Assembly: GCA_052426225.1 (NCBI GenBank)
Contig: JBNJNM010000012.1
Span: forward strand, 186,001 to 250,000
Length of the DNA stretch: 64,000 bases
From: Zancudomyces culisetae HAW-14-8
Lineage: Eukaryota; Fungi; Kickxellomycota
Reading direction: 5' to 3'
Under the pieces are notes generated by a model. That model searched no databases. It was not told the DNA's origin and saw only the letters and a program-made list of their open reading frames with translations. The translations under genes and the position numbers were made by a program. This document shows positions 1 through 12,682 of this stretch, piece by piece; within the stretch, counting starts at the first letter, position 1, and the number at the start of each line of letters is the position of its first letter.

Positions 1-3000
1 CTGTAATTTGCAAATTTTCATTTTTTATCTTTATATATGTGAGTAAAACTACCAACATCTTAAAGTGCTCAATACAAAATAATCATCAAATCAAAGGAGC
101 GGGGTTATAATATACCTCAAAAAAAATGAGAAGCGAGCTTCAATCTATTTTATTTTATGGATATCTGAATTCTCTTGTTCATATTGATCTGATTCATGCT
201 AGGTTTTTTTCACTTGGTAAATCCGCAAACATCAATGTATTTAGTAGTTGGCTACTCACCACGCATATTTTGCTAAATTAGCGCAATAATAATTGGCGAG
301 TACATTTGGGGTGGGGGAAGGGAAAGACACAATAAATGGAGATGTTTAGAAATGAGCCTAGATTACGCCAGACTCATGATTTATACCAAAATGATAAAGA
401 ACGACTCCACATCAGTTCCCAAGTCAAACCTTTATCTACATATCAGCCGACCTTACTTTTTATTAAAATGCCATGTTAAATGTTTTTTAATAAACAATTT
501 TGGTTTGATGCCGAGGGCTAGGGGTATTTAAGAGTACATTTTTCGAGAAAAAGAAAAACAACGGTAATATTGGGTTCCATAAAGTTAACAAATTACTGTA
601 AAACGCAGTATACAATCCTATATCTCTGCACCTATCATGCCAAAGGGAAGTTTAGTGTATACAGAAGCTAGATCAAAGCTTTTGACCTGTATTTGCTCAT
701 TACAATATTTTTGCTCTTGTGGTAATGAAGTCAATGTGAATATCCGCTAGTTATTTTTATCCATTCAAAAACTGATACCAATTTATGGTGACACCGATTC
801 TCTTTTATTTCTCAGTTAGATACCAAAATCAGTATGAAGTTGTATGATGAGTATTGACACCAACACGTATAGCTAAAGGGTCTGATGAGCAGAAGTATTG
901 AGGTAATATTACCGTAGCAATATTTGTAATAGGTGTAATTATAGAATCAAAAAATGTGAGACCCTTTTCACAGAGATCATTTGTTTAGGGCTAATTAGCT
1001 TACAAAAATGTTATATCCATTTTTTTTTTAGCTCGCTAATATGTGTACATAAACTAATCGATGAGTACGCAAGTAAAAAAAAAATAAATCCAATTGGGTT
1101 GCAGGTATTGTGAAATTGGGATCAATTACATATGTGAATTGGAAGGGGAGGAGGGTATTTACTGCCAAAAGCTATATTCATTTATCGTGGAGATATCTCG
1201 ATTGGGGAAGGTGTAATGTTTTACCAAGCTGTAGCTACGATTGATTTTCACAGACATTATCCTTCGTCAAGCTACGAATATAATATATTGGTGCAAGCAT
1301 AAATATAAAAAAATGGTGGAAAAGTGTGTAAGACTCATAATGTTCTATAAATACGTCTAGAGGTCCGAAACTTTTTTTTTTTTTGAGAATACACCAAATT
1401 TCGGGTAGTACATCTTACAGAATTTACAGCAAATACCACGTATATTAGCAAAAAAAACATTAAAGCAAGTGAAAAAACTTTGCTAAAAGCAACAGTGATA
1501 GGTGGAATTAATTAGGGTTTTGTAGCTGGAGTTTGGGTTTTGGATGAACTATAAGTAATAGATTGATATTCGTATAAAGATCAACCCAAAAGGTTGAACT
1601 TTTTTAATATCACGCTTTTTCAAAAAAGTTTATTTTTAATAGTGTTGTTGAAATATAAATATGTATACGACACGGACAGCATACTAAATAATACAAGGTA
1701 GAGAACAATACTTCAACACAGAAACAAAGGGAGAAAAAAAGGCACTTTAGACCATAAATATCCAGAAACAGAATATTAGCAGTGTAAAGCAAAACAAGAT
1801 ACGAATTAGGGTTACAGGGGAAGACCTTATGAAAAATACAACCAAAACGATAATAAACACCGACATATTTATATAGGGATAATTTTGCAACTACAACTTG
1901 AACGCGGTATAACAACAAACACAAAAAAAAAAAGGTTAAAGGACTAGAAAATAACGATAAAAAGTGTTGTAAAGTGCAGGTTAAAAGCTATAACGCCATA
2001 TAGAGAAATCTCAAGCATAGGTGATAATAATCAACAGAAAGTATATCAAACAGATAAACAGCATCAATATACACAGAAAAAAAGTGAAGCGAAAACAGTG
2101 ACGATAGGAGGCACAACTGGGAAAATAAAATAAAAGGTATTTTTTTTTGTATGAAAACGTAGAGAGTAGATGTATGAGGCGACTTGTATTTTTGTGAGTT
2201 TGTAAATCAGTGATGTTTTTCTTTTGTTTGTTTTTGAGGTTCAAACCATTTGTTACCCAAATCGAGAAGAAAGAAAAGAGAAAAAAGAAAATAGGTGTGG
2301 GGCGGGGAAAAGTCTAAAACATGAAACGATGAGTTTTTTTAATAATATGTAACAAGATTTTCCCTGCTTTTAAATAGTGCAACGAAAAAAAAAGATAGTA
2401 AGGGAAAATAAATCAGGGAGTTGGGGTGACAAGATAAAACATTCGATAAATTAAACTTTGTAGTTCGGAATAAACTGGTAGAAGGTAAGGAGATGTTATG
2501 GGTTTTTTTTTGGGAGGAGCAGGAGGGAAAGAGAAGCTGATGGCGAGAAGAAGAATAGGAGAGTGATATGGTTATTATAATAGGTGAAGGTGATATTGAT
2601 ATTAGTAAAAGTATGGGAAGAGCAAAATAAGAGTTTATAAATGTTTTTTTTTTCCATTTGGATTACAAGTAATTTCGCTGAGGATTAGATAAATACTGTA
2701 TAATATTTCTACCCTTAAAAGGTATGGAGGGAAAGCACACTTGATTTTTATAAAGAAAAAAGAAAATCAAAACAAACAAACAAACAAAAAAAGGTTAACG
2801 GGCGAGTGAGAGAGAAAGGGGAGGTGTGATGTATGTCGGAAGAGAGGAGTTGAGATAAGCATCATATCAACTTTAAAAGTCAAACATTTTTTTATTTGTA
2901 TTCAACACATTTAATGACAAGTTTTAGGAATGCCAAACTCACAAGAAAAAGTTTCGGTTGGTGTAATACTTGTACCATCTACAGAGAAAGAAATGTGGCT

Positions 3001-5252
3001 ATTATAATAGCATTTGTGTGATTGTGATTGTGATTGTGGTTGTATGCGAGCTATATATTGCTGTTTAGTAAGTTTGAATAGAGCCTAACATATGGTAGAT
3101 ATTTCCACAATATAGAACGGATAAAAGTTGAGTGAAGAGGAAGCAATAAAGTCTGTACAGTAAACCGATATAACAAAGAAAACAAGGAAGTAGGGAAGGA
3201 GTGTGAAAATAAAAAAGAAAAGAGGTATGGCTGCGATTATGATCGAAACAAAATCCGAGGGAATACTAATTGTCGAAGAGGCTGGTGATGTGAATAGACA
3301 GGGAGAGGAGAGGGGGATGAGAAAGGGTGATGGCGAGGGCGAGGGCGAGGGCGAGGGAGCAGTGGAGAATGTAACAATATCGGTTAATAAGGAGAATATC
3401 GAGGCTGAAACAGAAAAATTCCAAAATGGAAAAAGGTAAATCCAAAATTCCAATACCAATTAAAAAACAATGCAAATCGGGTATATTTAATTTATATTGA
3501 ACATCCAAAAGAAAATTTAAAAAGTGGAAAAGTAATTAGGGGAGTGTGAGCGTGAGTGTGAGGGAAGAGTTGAGAGTTTTTGTACGTTTAAAAATACAAT
3601 CGGGTTTTGATCTTTGAGAATTTTAAGGGGATGACGCTGACTGTAAATAGAAAAGAGTGAATTGGTTTATTGGAAAGGGAGAAGTGTTTGTATTGTAGTG
3701 GATGACAGAAGGTGTGGAGAAAAGCAAGGAGATAAAAGAAAGGGGAGGGGGGAGGGAGGTATAATACAAACAAGTTTATTTAAGATGGGAAAATATAACA
3801 AGGTAAACTTTTGTCAAGGGGTAGAGGAGAAAGAGAGAAGAAGAGAGGAAAGTGAGAGGGAGGAGGAAGGTGAATTTATAGTTTGACACATGTTTACAAG
3901 TGAGAGGGGCAGCGTGATGTAATGTAATGTGATGTGGTTGTGGACAAGATATATTGTGTATAGTGACGTGGTGTAATATCTGTGTTGTGTTGTGTTGGTG
4001 GGGGCTCCTTGTCCTGTTTTTTCCAAAGATGGTTGTTATCAAAATTTATGGTAAAACTACAAAATCGGGCTATGATGTGATTTAGTTGAGATTAAAAATG
4101 TAAGAACTATTAATGCGTATATGAATAAATAAACAAAAAAAAACTGGTGAGAATTTATAAATGAGTTTTATGGATGTTTTATCTTAAATTACCAAATAAA
4201 ACCTGGAAAAAAAAAGTCCAATAGACTCATAGATAAAAGTGTAAACGTAAATGTAAACGTAAAACTATTAGATTAATTCAATGGATTGAATGGTTTTATT
4301 TTTATTTTTTTTGAGATATAGCAAGGAAAATTTTTTATTTTATTTTACGGGTTGTAGAGTGTGGATTATGATTGACTTTGTTTTGATTTACACTTGTGAT
4401 TTGTCAATTGAATTTACTATAAAATAAGTTTGAAGTAGTTTCAATCTGGAATGGGGTGGATAAATTAAACACGATGAGAAAAGGTGGTATAATCGAGAAT
4501 GAAATTAAGCAGCTTTTTTTTTTCCTTTTCACTTTGTTCCTGTTGAAAAAAAGAAAACTGATAAATTTCGGCTATAGAACATTTCAAACCAAGTTTATTT
4601 TTTTCAAGGTATTTTTGTAATACTCGTCTAAAGAAATTAATCAAGATCTTTTTGTGGGTATATTGAACAATTTCAAAGGAATTACTTGGATTATATAAAT
4701 TTGGTGCGAGAATAAATTTCTTCATGGTGAAAAAAATTTAAAAAAAACAAAAGCATTTGTAATAATACCAATGGTTTTGGGAGAGAAAAAAAAAGGGAGG
4801 TTAGTCGAATCAAAGTAAAATTAAAGGAATATGAAAAAAACGAAAAATGCTAATGAGAATAAAGGGAAGTAATAGGTGAATTAACGAGTTTATAATTCCA
4901 ATGGGTTTTTTTTTGTGGTATTGTAATCAAAGTGAAAACAGATGAATTAGCAGCCATCACTTCTATTTACGATTTAAATTTTTACACTTTTCTATAACGG
5001 ATGTATAGTAATATATTAAAGGAATAAGGCAAAAAAGAAATATAAAGAAACATACTACCCGGATTTTGTAATATAGTATATTATAGTAAAGTCAAGAAAT
5101 TTTAATAGAAAGCACGAATATAGTAATATACAACAAGCAAAAAAACTGATATATGAAATAGAGGGTGCCAAGATAAAACAAAAGATAAAAGGGATCAACG
5201 AGTCGAAAAAATATTATCAACTGGAGGTAGTGCTAGCAATAGAAAATCAACA

Positions 5253-8200
5253 GTGATAACAAGGGAATCGACGAGAAATATTGCTATAGTAAATGGGCAA
5301 GGTAATATCGGAAGGGGTAACGCCAACAAAATAAAAGAGTCTATACAAAAGCAACAGGTACAGGGAAAAGTAAAAGGGCGCGAAAGAGTGACAGAGAGTG
5401 AAAATACAAAGAGGGTAAAGACTAGCAGTTCAGAAAACATAGCACGGGTGTTGTTACAAAACAATCGAAATAGCCGGGCAAGTTTGATACCCAAGGTCGC
5501 AGGTAGGAAAAGGGCTGCAAGTACACGAACATTAGATATAGGGATAAGTGGTACTGAGAAGGCTCTTACAAGTACGACTACTGGAGAGATAAAAGAAACA
5601 AAGGAAAATACAAGAGAAAGAGTAAAAGAGAAGCCAACGACGGTTTGCAAGAAAAAAGCGCTTGTACGATCAAGAAGAGTAACAACAATTGGATCAACAA
5701 CACTAACAAGTGCAACAGTATTATTAAAGACGAAAAGTAGTCAAGGAAAAATAGACCAATTGGAGCGTGAAAATAGAAGGAAAAGTTGTTTTATAGAAAG
5801 AAGTACAATGTTACCAGAAATCACAAGACCTACAACTACAATAAGTAGTTTGGTGAATAGAGGTGGAGGGGATGATGAAAGGATTGGGCGTGGAAGCAGC
5901 CGAAATAGTAATAGGAGAAGTAATAGCAGAAGTAGTGATAGTATTAACGGTGGTCTAGGAGGAGGGGGAAGAAGTAACTATAGCGGTGGTGAGATGAAAG
6001 GTAATAATGGGGTTGCACAATCTTCAGAGCGACGAATATTTAGGAGAATGGGATCGGGGCTACTAGACCAAAATGGAAATAGAACAGATGGTATACAAGG
6101 TAAAAGAGTAAACAACTATTCACGAGGCAATAGTGCCAACGATCAGAACAATGCACCAGTAAAAGTAATATCGGTGAAAACATCAGCTACATCAATAAGA
6201 ACTTTGCGATCGAAAGCAGCCATGTCTACAATAACAACGGGGATAACAAATCCACCAACCTTATCAACAGCAGGGTCGACAGGAACAGCAGAGAAACTAA
6301 AGACAAAAACAAATGGGTTTTTGGATACGAAAAACAAGTTTGTTACAGGGGGAGTAGCTTATGACAATGATATTAAAAACAAGGATAAAATCAAAGAAAA
6401 GGAAAGAGAGCGAGAACGAGAAAAAGAGAGAGAACGGGAAAAGGAAAGAGAAAGGGAAAAGAAGGAAAAGGAAAGGAATGATATAAGGCGGAGGATAGAA
6501 ATGTTTGAATCAAAGACACCATCGACCAAAAAGCAAGAAATAGTTGTAACGAAACAACCAGTAGTAGTTAGTGATCGATTGATGGAATTGTCGCAATCAA
6601 GACCGAGAAAAGTAGCCGAGTCTATAAAAGTGAGGATGGAATTGGCGAAACAAACGGATAAAAAACAAAGTATATATAGCAACAGTAATAGCAATAGTAA
6701 TAGTAATAGTAATAGTAATAATACAGTGAACAACAATGGTAATAGCAATAGCAATGGTAATGGTAATAAGGTTTTAGTTGGAGGAGCTACAACAGAACCG
6801 AAAAATTATGCTAGAAAGAAAGGATCAACTATTCAAAGAGCAATTGGTAAAATTGACGGCAAGAATAATAATAACAAGGAGAATGAAAAGGCATTACCAG
6901 AATTAACATTATCAACATTTAATACAGGAATAAAAGACAAATCACCAGTAGCAATGGCGGTAATGAAGAAAGAGGGGATAGAAGAAAGGATTGGTTCTAA
7001 CAATAGTAATAAGGAGAGTGTAAAAGTAGGAATAGCAAGGATGGAGAGTAATACAGAAAAGAAGGAAGCGGGAGATATGAAATTACGAAATGATACAAAG
7101 AAAGTGGGTGTAGCAGGGATAGGAGGAGTAGCAGGGGCGAGAGGGATGTGGGCAAATTTAGAAAAAGAAGGATACAAAGCAATAGTAAAATCAAAGGCAC
7201 AAGGAAAAACAAGATGGAATGATATTGAAAAAGAAAGCGGAAAGGGTAGAATTCGAGAGGAACAGAGAGTAGTAGTTGAGAAACAAGTAGAAGAAAAAGA
7301 AAAACAAGTTCAAGGAATAGGAGAACATTTTGCAGTGATTGATGCATTTGAAAAAGCGACAAATGCTGTAAATGTAAATGTAACTGTAACTGAAACTGAA
7401 ACGAGTAAAAAAGAAGAAGAGAAACAAGCACAAGAACAAGAACAGGAAAAGGATCGAGAGCAGGAAAAGGATCAAGAACAAGAACAAAAACAAGGACAAG
7501 GACAAGGACAAGGACAAGGACAGGAGATGCATGAGAGTAAGCAAAAGAGTAGTACTGAATTCAAGAGTCAAGGAGTAAAAGAAAAGGAACAGGAAAAAGA
7601 AAAGGAAAAGGATAGAGTAAAAAGAGGAGAAGGAGGATTGGGTACAATAGTTAGAACATCAAGCAGTCGAGTTCTTAGTCAAGATATTGGAAGATTGTTA
7701 AGCTCAGAAAAATTAAGACAAGAATGCAAAAGTAAAAAGAAATCATTTAATGACCAAGAGCTTAAACAACAAATAAAGAAGGAAATAATGACGATGGATG
7801 ATGACATTACTGTCAAAGTAGAAAAAGAATTGCAAAGAGAAAGAGAAAAAGAAAAAGAAAGGGAGATTCAGAAGGAAAAGGAAAAAGAAAAGGAGGAGGA
7901 TGAAGTAGAGGCAAAAATAAATGCAATGATACAACGAGGACGATCACTTTCACAAAAGGATAGTGAGTGTCGAGAAGCAATAGTCGAATTACAACGAGAA
8001 ATCGAAAAGAATTATGAAATGATGAAGGCAAGTAAGCGGGGAGAAATTATTCGCGAAATAGCCGAGACAGAAATTAGCTATTTATCGGATTTATTGTTAT
8101 TACATGAAGTATATTACCAGCCAAGTGTGGAGAATAATATGGACAGAGGAGAAGGGAGTGGGAATGGAAACGGAAATGGATTTGAAGGGTTTAAAGGATT

Positions 8201-11200
8201 TAAGGGATTCAACATTGGTAGTGGGTTTGATGCTGAAGATACAAAACTTGTTTTTAACAACCTAGAGGAAGTAATCAAACTATCACACTGGATGATTTTA
8301 GAAATGCAACTTTGTATACGTAGCGAATTGATCAAGAACAAACCAACAAAAACAAAAGCAAAAGCAAACAATAGTAAAGAAAATGAAGGTAATAAACCTG
8401 AACCTCAAACCATGTCACTACTGTTTCTTACAATTGCTGAACGAGCAGAAAGTGTGTATTCCAAGTACTGTAGTGGATTCAAAACAGCGTTAGATACGCT
8501 TTCACGAATTACTAATATAGCAGGTAATGGCACATCAACAAATAGCGATGATAATAACAATCATAATGGAAGTGGTGGGGGAGGCAAGACAGTTACAAGA
8601 GCACTAAGTGTTTTACAATTAATGCGACCAAGCACAACCTTTATTGGTAACAACAACAATCATAGTAATAATGGTGAAGGTGAAAATTGTAATAATAATA
8701 ACAGCAATAGAGAATCGAAAGTATTTAATGTAGCTTATTGTCGGTCGGTAGTGGATTTTTTGCATACTCAGCAAGCATTATTAGCAGGACGAACATCAAG
8801 TTGGGATTTACGTTCGTTATTGATTAAACCAGTTCAACGAGTATTGAAATATCACTTGTTGTTGACCCGATTGGCAGAGAATACAAATGATGAAAGTAAA
8901 GTGTACTATTCTTTAGCTGCAAAACGGTACCAATTAGTTGCAGAAAATGTAAATGACTTGAAATTATCACAAGATGGTATTTCAGATTACAACTCTCATT
9001 CTCATTCCCAATCTAGTCATAGCCATAGCCATAGCAATTCTAATATTAGTATTCTTGGAGGAATATCAATATCCAAAAAACACCGAAAAAGTTTTATGCC
9101 AGCGCCCAATTCTTCTTTAATCTCAACTGACCCAAACAACAATCCAATCTCTAAAAAATCCATCTCTACAACATCAATCCCCAGAAACTCGCATACTGCT
9201 ATTGTAAATCAATTTTTGGGTCTTTCCAACTATCTTTCTTTGTTGCTGAATTATGTTCATGCTTGGGAAGAAAAGTATCGTCATTATTTGGCATTTATAC
9301 ATCATCAAAATATATGTCTAACCAACTTTTTAACAAGCACCAATCCCAACAACCCCTCTGCTACTACACCTGCTACCCCTATTTCCCCACCTCCTCCTAA
9401 CAATTCAATAGCTAGCATATTTACTTCTATTGGTCTTGTCTCTGATAAAAACAATTCAAAACGCTCTTCAACTAGCACTTTTGCTACCACAAACACCACC
9501 AATACTACAAATACTACTGACAGTAATAACAATAGTTATAGTCTAGCACGTGACCAGTTTATCAAATCTTCACTTCAAGTACTCAAAAACTATAGCTCTA
9601 AAACGGCTCAACTAACCAATAATTCGTATCCAAAGATTCTACATCAAAAGTTACAAAAGCAAGTATATATTCCAATTTTAAACTTGATAAAGTATTGCCA
9701 GGTGGCAAAAAAGACAGCACTAGATGATCAATCACAATCACAACAATCACAACAACCACAGTTGCAACTACAGTTAAATCAGCAAACAATGATGATGGCC
9801 ATAATGGGTCAAAACTCGACTTCGGATTCAGAAACTGAACAAAACAACAACAATAATTCTAACAAGCCGGGTGAAAATGAGCTTTTACAGCTAGTAGAGT
9901 TATTACAGTCTGCTACCGACATTCTATTCAGACGGCTGGTTCTGATAAACCGCGACTTTCTGCGCCACTGTTCTTCACAGCTGCTCTGTGTCGCTTTGAA
10001 TTTTTCCACTGAAATTCCTGCAGAGGAGGCTGATTCTGCTCGGTCTGCTTACCGTTCTATTGTTGGTTCTTTCTTTGATGACTATTCTGCTCCTTCAAAA
10101 GAACAGCTTGTTGTTATTGAATCATCTCCCTCCGTTCCTTCCATTTCCCCTACTCCTATTTTACCACATTCACCTTCATCCCTATTACAACCTCTACAAC
10201 CCGATCCCTTTATCTCTCCCCTATCTGAATCTACCAATGTAAAAATCAACGATTTTGTATTGGATTCTATTCCCTCTGCTCATCAATGCATTTTGTATCT
10301 AGGTGATATTTCCTGTCTATACAACAATCTATCTGGTTATCTTGTACATGGCTCCTCCCCTCCTCCTCCTTCTACCTCTACTTCTCCAAATGAACCCAGT
10401 CATCCTTTTGGTAATCTTTCTACAAATTCTTCTCAACCTCATTCCCAACCTGCTTTTATGTTTAAAAAACCAAGATTAATGCAACGCTTCAACGGCCTCC
10501 TGAATCCAAAATCAAGTATTTCTTCTCTTGGGAATTCCCCTGCTTTGCCAACTAACAGCGACCTTTTATCCGGCAATTTCGATGCTGCTTCTTCCACTTT
10601 TTCTATGGTTACTCCTAGCAATTCTCATCCAAACAACCGTAACACTCTTGCCACCATGAGTGTTTACGATCAATATGGTAACCGTAGTCACATGTCCTTC
10701 ATTGACTATTCTCTAGATGCACTGGCTGCTATTTCTACCACCACTGCTGCTAATAGTACTGATAGTGGTACTGTTACTAGTGCCAACAACGATACCCATT
10801 TTAATCTTGGTTCTAATGGCGCTTTTACTCATAGGTTTTCCAACAACCCTTATGTCTCTTTATCCGACCTGTTTTACAGCTCAAATCCTGAAAAACAATC
10901 CCCCAATCCTACAAACGATCAATCTTTTACTTTTGCATGCATAAGTAACAACAGTAGTTCTCACACTACTACTCCAAATATCGATTTAACTTCTTCCCTC
11001 AATTACCATAATAAACGTACCAGTAACCTCACTACTATTACTAACATGACGGCCAACACCTCATCCAGCAAAAATAATTTTGATCTTGGTTTAAGTCTTG
11101 GTTCTGATAATACCCCTAACCTCAGCCAAAATTCCAGCTCCAGCTCCAACTCCAACTCCAACTCCAACTCAAAAACTCAATCACATCTTCATCCTATTGT

Positions 11201-11489
11201 TCCCAATATGGATTTCGGTCTAAACTTTGATCCCGATTCTTTTGGTCATATTGAAATGTCTGATCAAACTCTTACTCTTCAAAATACCAACTCTTCGTCT
11301 CCCACTTCTTCCAATGTCGATTCTAATGTAAAGTCCATTTCATCACCCACTACTACTACTACTACTACTAATTCTAACGCTAACGCTAACGCTAACATTA
11401 ACGCTAATAGTATTGGTAATACTAACGCCAATGCCACTACTTTTTCTGTCTTTTCTCCTTCTGAACTTGACAACTTATTCAACTTTTAG
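5253..11489 (+). CDS. Large low-complexity Rho guanine-nucleotide exchange factor (Dbl-homology domain), possibly followed by a degenerate BAR-like helical region
   Basis: 2078-codon open frame with DH motifs KRGEIIREIAETEISYLSDLLLLHEVYYQP, VFNNLEEVIKL and LRSLLIKPVQRVLKYHLLLTRL. The start is uncertain: the listed start is GTG, the frame opens after TGA at 5154, the first in-frame ATG is at 5808, and an upstream exon is possible. Confidence 0.85.
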   Translation: MITRESTRNIAIVNGQGNIGRGNANKIKESIQKQQVQGKVKGRERVTESENTKRVKTSSSENIARVLLQNNRNSRASLIPKVAGRKRAASTRTLDIGISGTEKALTSTTTGEIKETKENTRERVKEKPTTVCKKKALVRSRRVTTIGSTTLTSATVLLKTKSSQGKIDQLERENRRKSCFIERSTMLPEITRPTTTISSLVNRGGGDDERIGRGSSRNSNRRSNSRSSDSINGGLGGGGRSNYSGGEMKGNNGVAQSSERRIFRRMGSGLLDQNGNRTDGIQGKRVNNYSRGNSANDQNNAPVKVISVKTSATSIRTLRSKAAMSTITTGITNPPTLSTAGSTGTAEKLKTKTNGFLDTKNKFVTGGVAYDNDIKNKDKIKEKEREREREKEREREKEREREKKEKERNDIRRRIEMFESKTPSTKKQEIVVTKQPVVVSDRLMELSQSRPRKVAESIKVRMELAKQTDKKQSIYSNSNSNSNSNSNSNNTVNNNGNSNSNGNGNKVLVGGATTEPKNYARKKGSTIQRAIGKIDGKNNNNKENEKALPELTLSTFNTGIKDKSPVAMAVMKKEGIEERIGSNNSNKESVKVGIARMESNTEKKEAGDMKLRNDTKKVGVAGIGGVAGARGMWANLEKEGYKAIVKSKAQGKTRWNDIEKESGKGRIREEQRVVVEKQVEEKEKQVQGIGEHFAVIDAFEKATNAVNVNVTVTETETSKKEEEKQAQEQEQEKDREQEKDQEQEQKQGQGQGQGQGQEMHESKQKSSTEFKSQGVKEKEQEKEKEKDRVKRGEGGLGTIVRTSSSRVLSQDIGRLLSSEKLRQECKSKKKSFNDQELKQQIKKEIMTMDDDITVKVEKELQREREKEKEREIQKEKEKEKEEDEVEAKINAMIQRGRSLSQKDSECREAIVELQREIEKNYEMMKASKRGEIIREIAETEISYLSDLLLLHEVYYQPSVENNMDRGEGSGNGNGNGFEGFKGFKGFNIGSGFDAEDTKLVFNNLEEVIKLSHWMILEMQLCIRSELIKNKPTKTKAKANNSKENEGNKPEPQTMSLLFLTIAERAESVYSKYCSGFKTALDTLSRITNIAGNGTSTNSDDNNNHNGSGGGGKTVTRALSVLQLMRPSTTFIGNNNNHSNNGEGENCNNNNSNRESKVFNVAYCRSVVDFLHTQQALLAGRTSSWDLRSLLIKPVQRVLKYHLLLTRLAENTNDESKVYYSLAAKRYQLVAENVNDLKLSQDGISDYNSHSHSQSSHSHSHSNSNISILGGISISKKHRKSFMPAPNSSLISTDPNNNPISKKSISTTSIPRNSHTAIVNQFLGLSNYLSLLLNYVHAWEEKYRHYLAFIHHQNICLTNFLTSTNPNNPSATTPATPISPPPPNNSIASIFTSIGLVSDKNNSKRSSTSTFATTNTTNTTNTTDSNNNSYSLARDQFIKSSLQVLKNYSSKTAQLTNNSYPKILHQKLQKQVYIPILNLIKYCQVAKKTALDDQSQSQQSQQPQLQLQLNQQTMMMAIMGQNSTSDSETEQNNNNNSNKPGENELLQLVELLQSATDILFRRLVLINRDFLRHCSSQLLCVALNFSTEIPAEEADSARSAYRSIVGSFFDDYSAPSKEQLVVIESSPSVPSISPTPILPHSPSSLLQPLQPDPFISPLSESTNVKINDFVLDSIPSAHQCILYLGDISCLYNNLSGYLVHGSSPPPPSTSTSPNEPSHPFGNLSTNSSQPHSQPAFMFKKPRLMQRFNGLLNPKSSISSLGNSPALPTNSDLLSGNFDAASSTFSMVTPSNSHPNNRNTLATMSVYDQYGNRSHMSFIDYSLDALAAISTTTAANSTDSGTVTSANNDTHFNLGSNGAFTHRFSNNPYVSLSDLFYSSNPEKQSPNPTNDQSFTFACISNNSSSHTTTPNIDLTSSLNYHNKRTSNLTTITNMTANTSSSKNNFDLGLSLGSDNTPNLSQNSSSSSNSNSNSNSKTQSHLHPIVPNMDFGLNFDPDSFGHIEMSDQTLTLQNTNSSSPTSSNVDSNVKSISSPTTTTTTTNSNANANANINANSIGNTNANATTFSVFSPSELDNLFNF

Positions 11490-11680
11490 TTTTTCTACTT
11501 TGTTTTGTTTTTTTTATTATTGTATCATTATTTAATATTTTTTGTCTTTAAAAACTGGCATACAAGTAAATAATAAATAATAAACCTCACATTTTATTTT
11601 CTTGTACCACAAACCAAATTACACTTCATATAAATATATATATCATCAAAAACAAGAAAAAAAATTCAGTTTCCTAGAAA

Positions 11681-12682
11681 TTAAAAGAGTTTAGTAAGTG
11701 GACTTTCTTTAGTTGGCTGTAGCCAGTTTCGTTCGTCATAGTCGTATTGCCCGTCAATACAGTGGAATGTGTAAATCCACCGAGAGTCTGGTGATAGATT
11801 GGGTTTGGATCTATGCAACACATTACCATGAATCAATACCAACGAACCGCGTTTGACGGGAATTGGTACATATGCACCAAACCTACGTTGGAGCGCCAAA
11901 TCTTCGCTTTCATCGTTACTTTCAGCATCATTTGAGGGCGAGGATGTTGGGTGGTCTCGGTCGGTTACTGTATCGGATGCAACATCAATAAACACAGTTC
12001 CGCTACCTGCAGGATTTCGAACCATTCTTTTGGTAACTGGCACAACATGTGATTTAGGAAGATACTCCAAACATCCATTTTCCAGGGTACAATCCTCCAG
12101 TGCAAACCAAAATCCAACTGCAGATTGTTTTGGTGATGTATACAAGAACGTCGAGTCTTGGTGTGGGGGGACCTCTCCTCCAATCTCGGGTTGTTTGAAA
12201 ATCAACATTGATTGTAGTACTAGTGGATCAACCATTCCAACTTCTCTTGCCAGCTGTCGAACATCTTCGTTCAGTGTTATTCCCTCAAATGGCTTGGAAT
12301 GCATATGTATTCCGTGTCCAATTTTATTGACAGCTCTTTCTTTTGGAACTAAAAGTTGTGGCTTAATATCCTCACCATTACCACTGCCATCATTGCTGTT
12401 GTTGGATTGTGGAATTTTTACTGCTCCTTCTTCAAGAAAATACCTTATTTTGTCCCCTGATGTCAAAAAGTAATCATCTCCAATATGTTTCTTCTCTTCT
12501 CCTGTACCAGTACTGAATACCGTCATAGGATGTGTTGTGACATCTAGTTGACTAAGGAGGTTACTAGCCTCTCCCAATAGCTCGCTCACCTTTTGTTGAT
12601 CAAGAAAGTCTGGAATTATTGCACATCCCTGCTTGTTGAAAGTTTCAACTATTTCTTGGACCTTTTCTTTACTCAATACCAT
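11681..12682 (-). CDS. Phytanoyl-CoA dioxygenase family (PhyH/PHYHD1-like) Fe(II)/2-oxoglutarate dioxygenase
   Basis: DDYFLTSGDKIRYFLEE, NKIGHG, QSMLIFKQPEIGGEVPPHQDSTFLY (HxD), WFALED..LENGCL, IHGNVLHRS...SR (distal His, Arg). Confidence 0.93.
   Translation of the reverse strand: MVLSKEKVQEIVETFNKQGCAIIPDFLDQQKVSELLGEASNLLSQLDVTTHPMTVFSTGTGEEKKHIGDDYFLTSGDKIRYFLEEGAVKIPQSNNSNDGSGNGEDIKPQLLVPKERAVNKIGHGIHMHSKPFEGITLNEDVRQLAREVGMVDPLVLQSMLIFKQPEIGGEVPPHQDSTFLYTSPKQSAVGFWFALEDCTLENGCLEYLPKSHVVPVTKRMVRNPAGSGTVFIDVASDTVTDRDHPTSSPSNDAESNDESEDLALQRRFGAYVPIPVKRGSLVLIHGNVLHRSKPNLSPDSRWIYTFHCIDGQYDYDERNWLQPTKESPLTKLF

Noticed and set aside
1-5150. Short ORFs including 3203-3439 with a (GGCGAG)4 repeat
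   Set aside because: Non-ATG starts, low-complexity purine-rich DNA and no recognisable domain. Treated as a long intergenic or 5' region, although an upstream RhoGEF exon cannot be excluded.
5195-11482. Many antisense and alternate-frame ORFs overlapping the RhoGEF (and similar shadows over other genes, e.g. 11853-12473, 50169-50936)
   Set aside because: Shadow ORFs produced by codon bias and repeats of the real gene.
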